Part shown: positions 12,906-14,398 of the stretch, piece after piece
Position numbering within the stretch: the first letter of the stretch is position 1
How the letters are laid out: each line of letters opens with the position of its first letter
Source of the DNA: Myxococcota bacterium
GTDB lineage: Bacteria; Myxococcota; JACRCW01
DNA length: 14,398 bases
Direction: 5' to 3'
NCBI GenBank assembly: GCA_040752415.1
Contig: JBFMGU010000266.1
Location: 1-14,398, forward strand
Translations under genes and position numbers: made by a program
Notes under the pieces: model-generated
Told to the model about the DNA's origin: nothing
Database searches by the model: none
The model's input: the letters and a program-made list of their open reading frames with translations, nothing else

Positions 12906-14398
12906 GGCTTGCTCCCTGCGTTGCCCTGGCCGGTGCGGGCGTCATGCATCAGCTGCTTGAAGGTGGCGTCGTCACGCAGCGCGGCCAGATCCGCGTCGGA
13001 CTCGATCCGGTCCGCCTCCGCGAAGCCCTCCCCCACCGCCTTGCGCAGCCGCTCCAGCGCCGCGGGACGGTTGCGCTCACGCATGTCCAGCTTGGCCAGG
13101 TCAAAGTGCGCCATGCCACGAATGCGCCACTCCGCGTCGAGGTCCGCTTCCACGATCGCCTTCTCCAGGATGGCCCGCGCCAGGGGTCGGTTGTCCTGCA
13201 GCAGGTACACGTAACCAAGACGCAGGTACGCCACCGCCACCTTGGGATCCTGCTCCATCACCTTGCGCAGAACCGCCTCCGCCTGCGGGAGCTGCTTGGC
13301 GTCAATGTGGCGGCTGGCCAGCTCGATGCGGAAGGTGGGGTCGGCGGGGGCCACGTCGACGGCTTCCTGGGTCCGGGCCAGCGCCTCATCCATCTTCCCC
13401 AGCCGCGCCAGGGAGTAGCCCAGCTGCGTGAGGGCCCAGGGCTGCGCCGGCGCCATCTCCAGGTACGCCTGGAACTCCTTCTGCGCCTCCTCGTGTCGAC
13501 CCAGCTCGTTGAGCGCCTGCCCCAGCGTTCCGCGCGCGTGCAGGAAGTTGGGACGCTTGGTGATGGCGTCGCGGAGGCCCTTCACGGCGTCGTCACGCTG
13601 GCCGGCGCGCCACCGGGCCCAGAACGCGCCCAGCTCGGCCAGGTCGGGCGACTTGCGCGCCTTGCCGGCGGCGGCCAGGTGGGTGAGCGCGTTGCTGGTG
13701 TCGCCGATGAGCGCCTCGGCAATGCCCAGTCCCTCCAGCGCCTCGGGGTAGTTGGGGTCCAGCGCCAGGGCGGCCTGGCAGTGTTTCTGGGCCTGCACCG
13801 CGGCGGCGCGCGGCATCACCGGTCGGGCGCGCGGGCCCAGGCTCTGCCAGGTCACAATCTCCCGACACAGGGTGGCCTGGTGCCACGCATACACGCTGCG
13901 CGTCTGCATGCCCTGCTTGGGCGGCGCAATGCCCACGGCGTCAAAGATGGCCTTCCCGAGGATGCCATCCAACGTCAGCGCCTCCTCCAGGTGCACCAGC
14001 CCGGTGGCCTCCTTCACCACCGTCCCGGAGACGGCATCCAGCACGCGCACGCTCGCTTTGACGTCGGGCCAGCGGGCGCTGAAGGTTCCCAGCACCACAA
14101 ACCGTGCGCCCAGAGACCGCCCCACGGCGAGCGCCGCCTGGTCGGTGTCCACGGCGGTGAGGGCCTGGTCGCGCTCACGCAGGACGGCGCCCCACTGGCG
14201 GATGGAGAGGGCGTGCACGTCGGGGCTGCGGGCCAGGCGCGCCAGGATCAGCTCCGCCAGGCCCAGGCCCAGCCACTGGTACTCGTCGGGGGACGCGGAG
14301 GTGAACGGCGCCACGGCCACCAGCGGCTTGCCCAGCTTCACCGCCGCCCCCGACGCATGCGCGGGCCCCGCGGCAGACATGAGCCCCACCGCCACCCC
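12902..14398 (-). CDS. Exported tetratricopeptide-repeat protein with N-terminal TolB/CsgG-like alpha/beta domain (5' end outside window)
   Basis: Frame is open to the window edge; signal-peptide end (GPAHA-S); VAVAPF..WLGLGLAELI..VGRSLGARFVVLGTF..VRVLDAVSG; several TPRs (ALALDPNYPEALEGLG; RPNFLHARGTLGQAL; DPKVAVAYLRLGYVY); terminal motif ALERLRKAVGEGF..DADLAALRDDATFKQL. Confidence 0.85.
   Translation of the reverse strand, partial: GVAVGLMSAAGPAHASGAAVKLGKPLVAVAPFTSASPDEYQWLGLGLAELILARLARSPDVHALSIRQWGAVLRERDQALTAVDTDQAALAVGRSLGARFVVLGTFSARWPDVKASVRVLDAVSGTVVKEATGLVHLEEALTLDGILGKAIFDAVGIAPPKQGMQTRSVYAWHQATLCREIVTWQSLGPRARPVMPRAAAVQAQKHCQAALALDPNYPEALEGLGIAEALIGDTSNALTHLAAAGKARKSPDLAELGAFWARWRAGQRDDAVKGLRDAITKRPNFLHARGTLGQALNELGRHEEAQKEFQAYLEMAPAQPWALTQLGYSLARLGKMDEALARTQEAVDVAPADPTFRIELASRHIDAKQLPQAEAVLRKVMEQDPKVAVAYLRLGYVYLLQDNRPLARAILEKAIVEADLDAEWRIRGMAHFDLAKLDMRERNRPAALERLRKAVGEGFAEADRIESDADLAALRDDATFKQLMHDARTGQGNAGSKP

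Noticed and set aside
25..13886. Many long overlapping or antisense ORFs in the track (e.g. 445..1683-, 941..2209-, 2451..3647+, 7179..8315+, 8760..9893-, 11790..13214+)
   Set aside because: Shadow frames of genes with clear motifs; expected in high-GC DNA with few stops; no recognisable domains.
1..14398. CRISPR array, riboswitch, IS element or frameshifted pseudogene
   Set aside because: Intergenic gaps are all under about 200 nt with no repeat-spacer pattern; no transposase motifs; called CDSs appear intact.

Overview
High-GC window that looks like core chromosome of a Myxococcota-like bacterium (inferred from gene content: MJ0042-type zinc ribbon, myxobacterial-type PilZ/FHA/TPR proteins, HEAT+HD-GYP pair). 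Order: partial zinc-ribbon protein (-); PHA-regulator DNA-binding protein plus patatin (+); PfkB sugar kinase (-); HEAT-repeat protein plus degenerate HD-GYP protein (+); hypothetical, carA and DUF4845-like protein (-); TPR/membrane protein (+); PilZ, FHA and tRNA-Arg(CCG) (-); glutaredoxin-like lipoprotein (+); DsbD-like reductase and partial TPR protein (-). No mobile element, CRISPR array or defence system is visible. Best leads: (i) the HEAT and HD-GYP proteins share an apparently paralogous ~100-aa N-terminal domain and the HD-GYP site has lost most metal ligands, suggesting a two-protein cyclic-dinucleotide receptor/scaffold module; (ii) a PhaR-like regulator coupled to a patatin with no PHA synthase in view; (iii) a PilZ protein with tandem (D/E)RR/RxxxR repeats; (iv) a DsbD lacking the alpha domain that faces a CGYC lipoprotein; (v) a duplicated promoter-like sequence on both sides of the tRNA. 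All family assignments come from motif recognition by eye, not from database searches.
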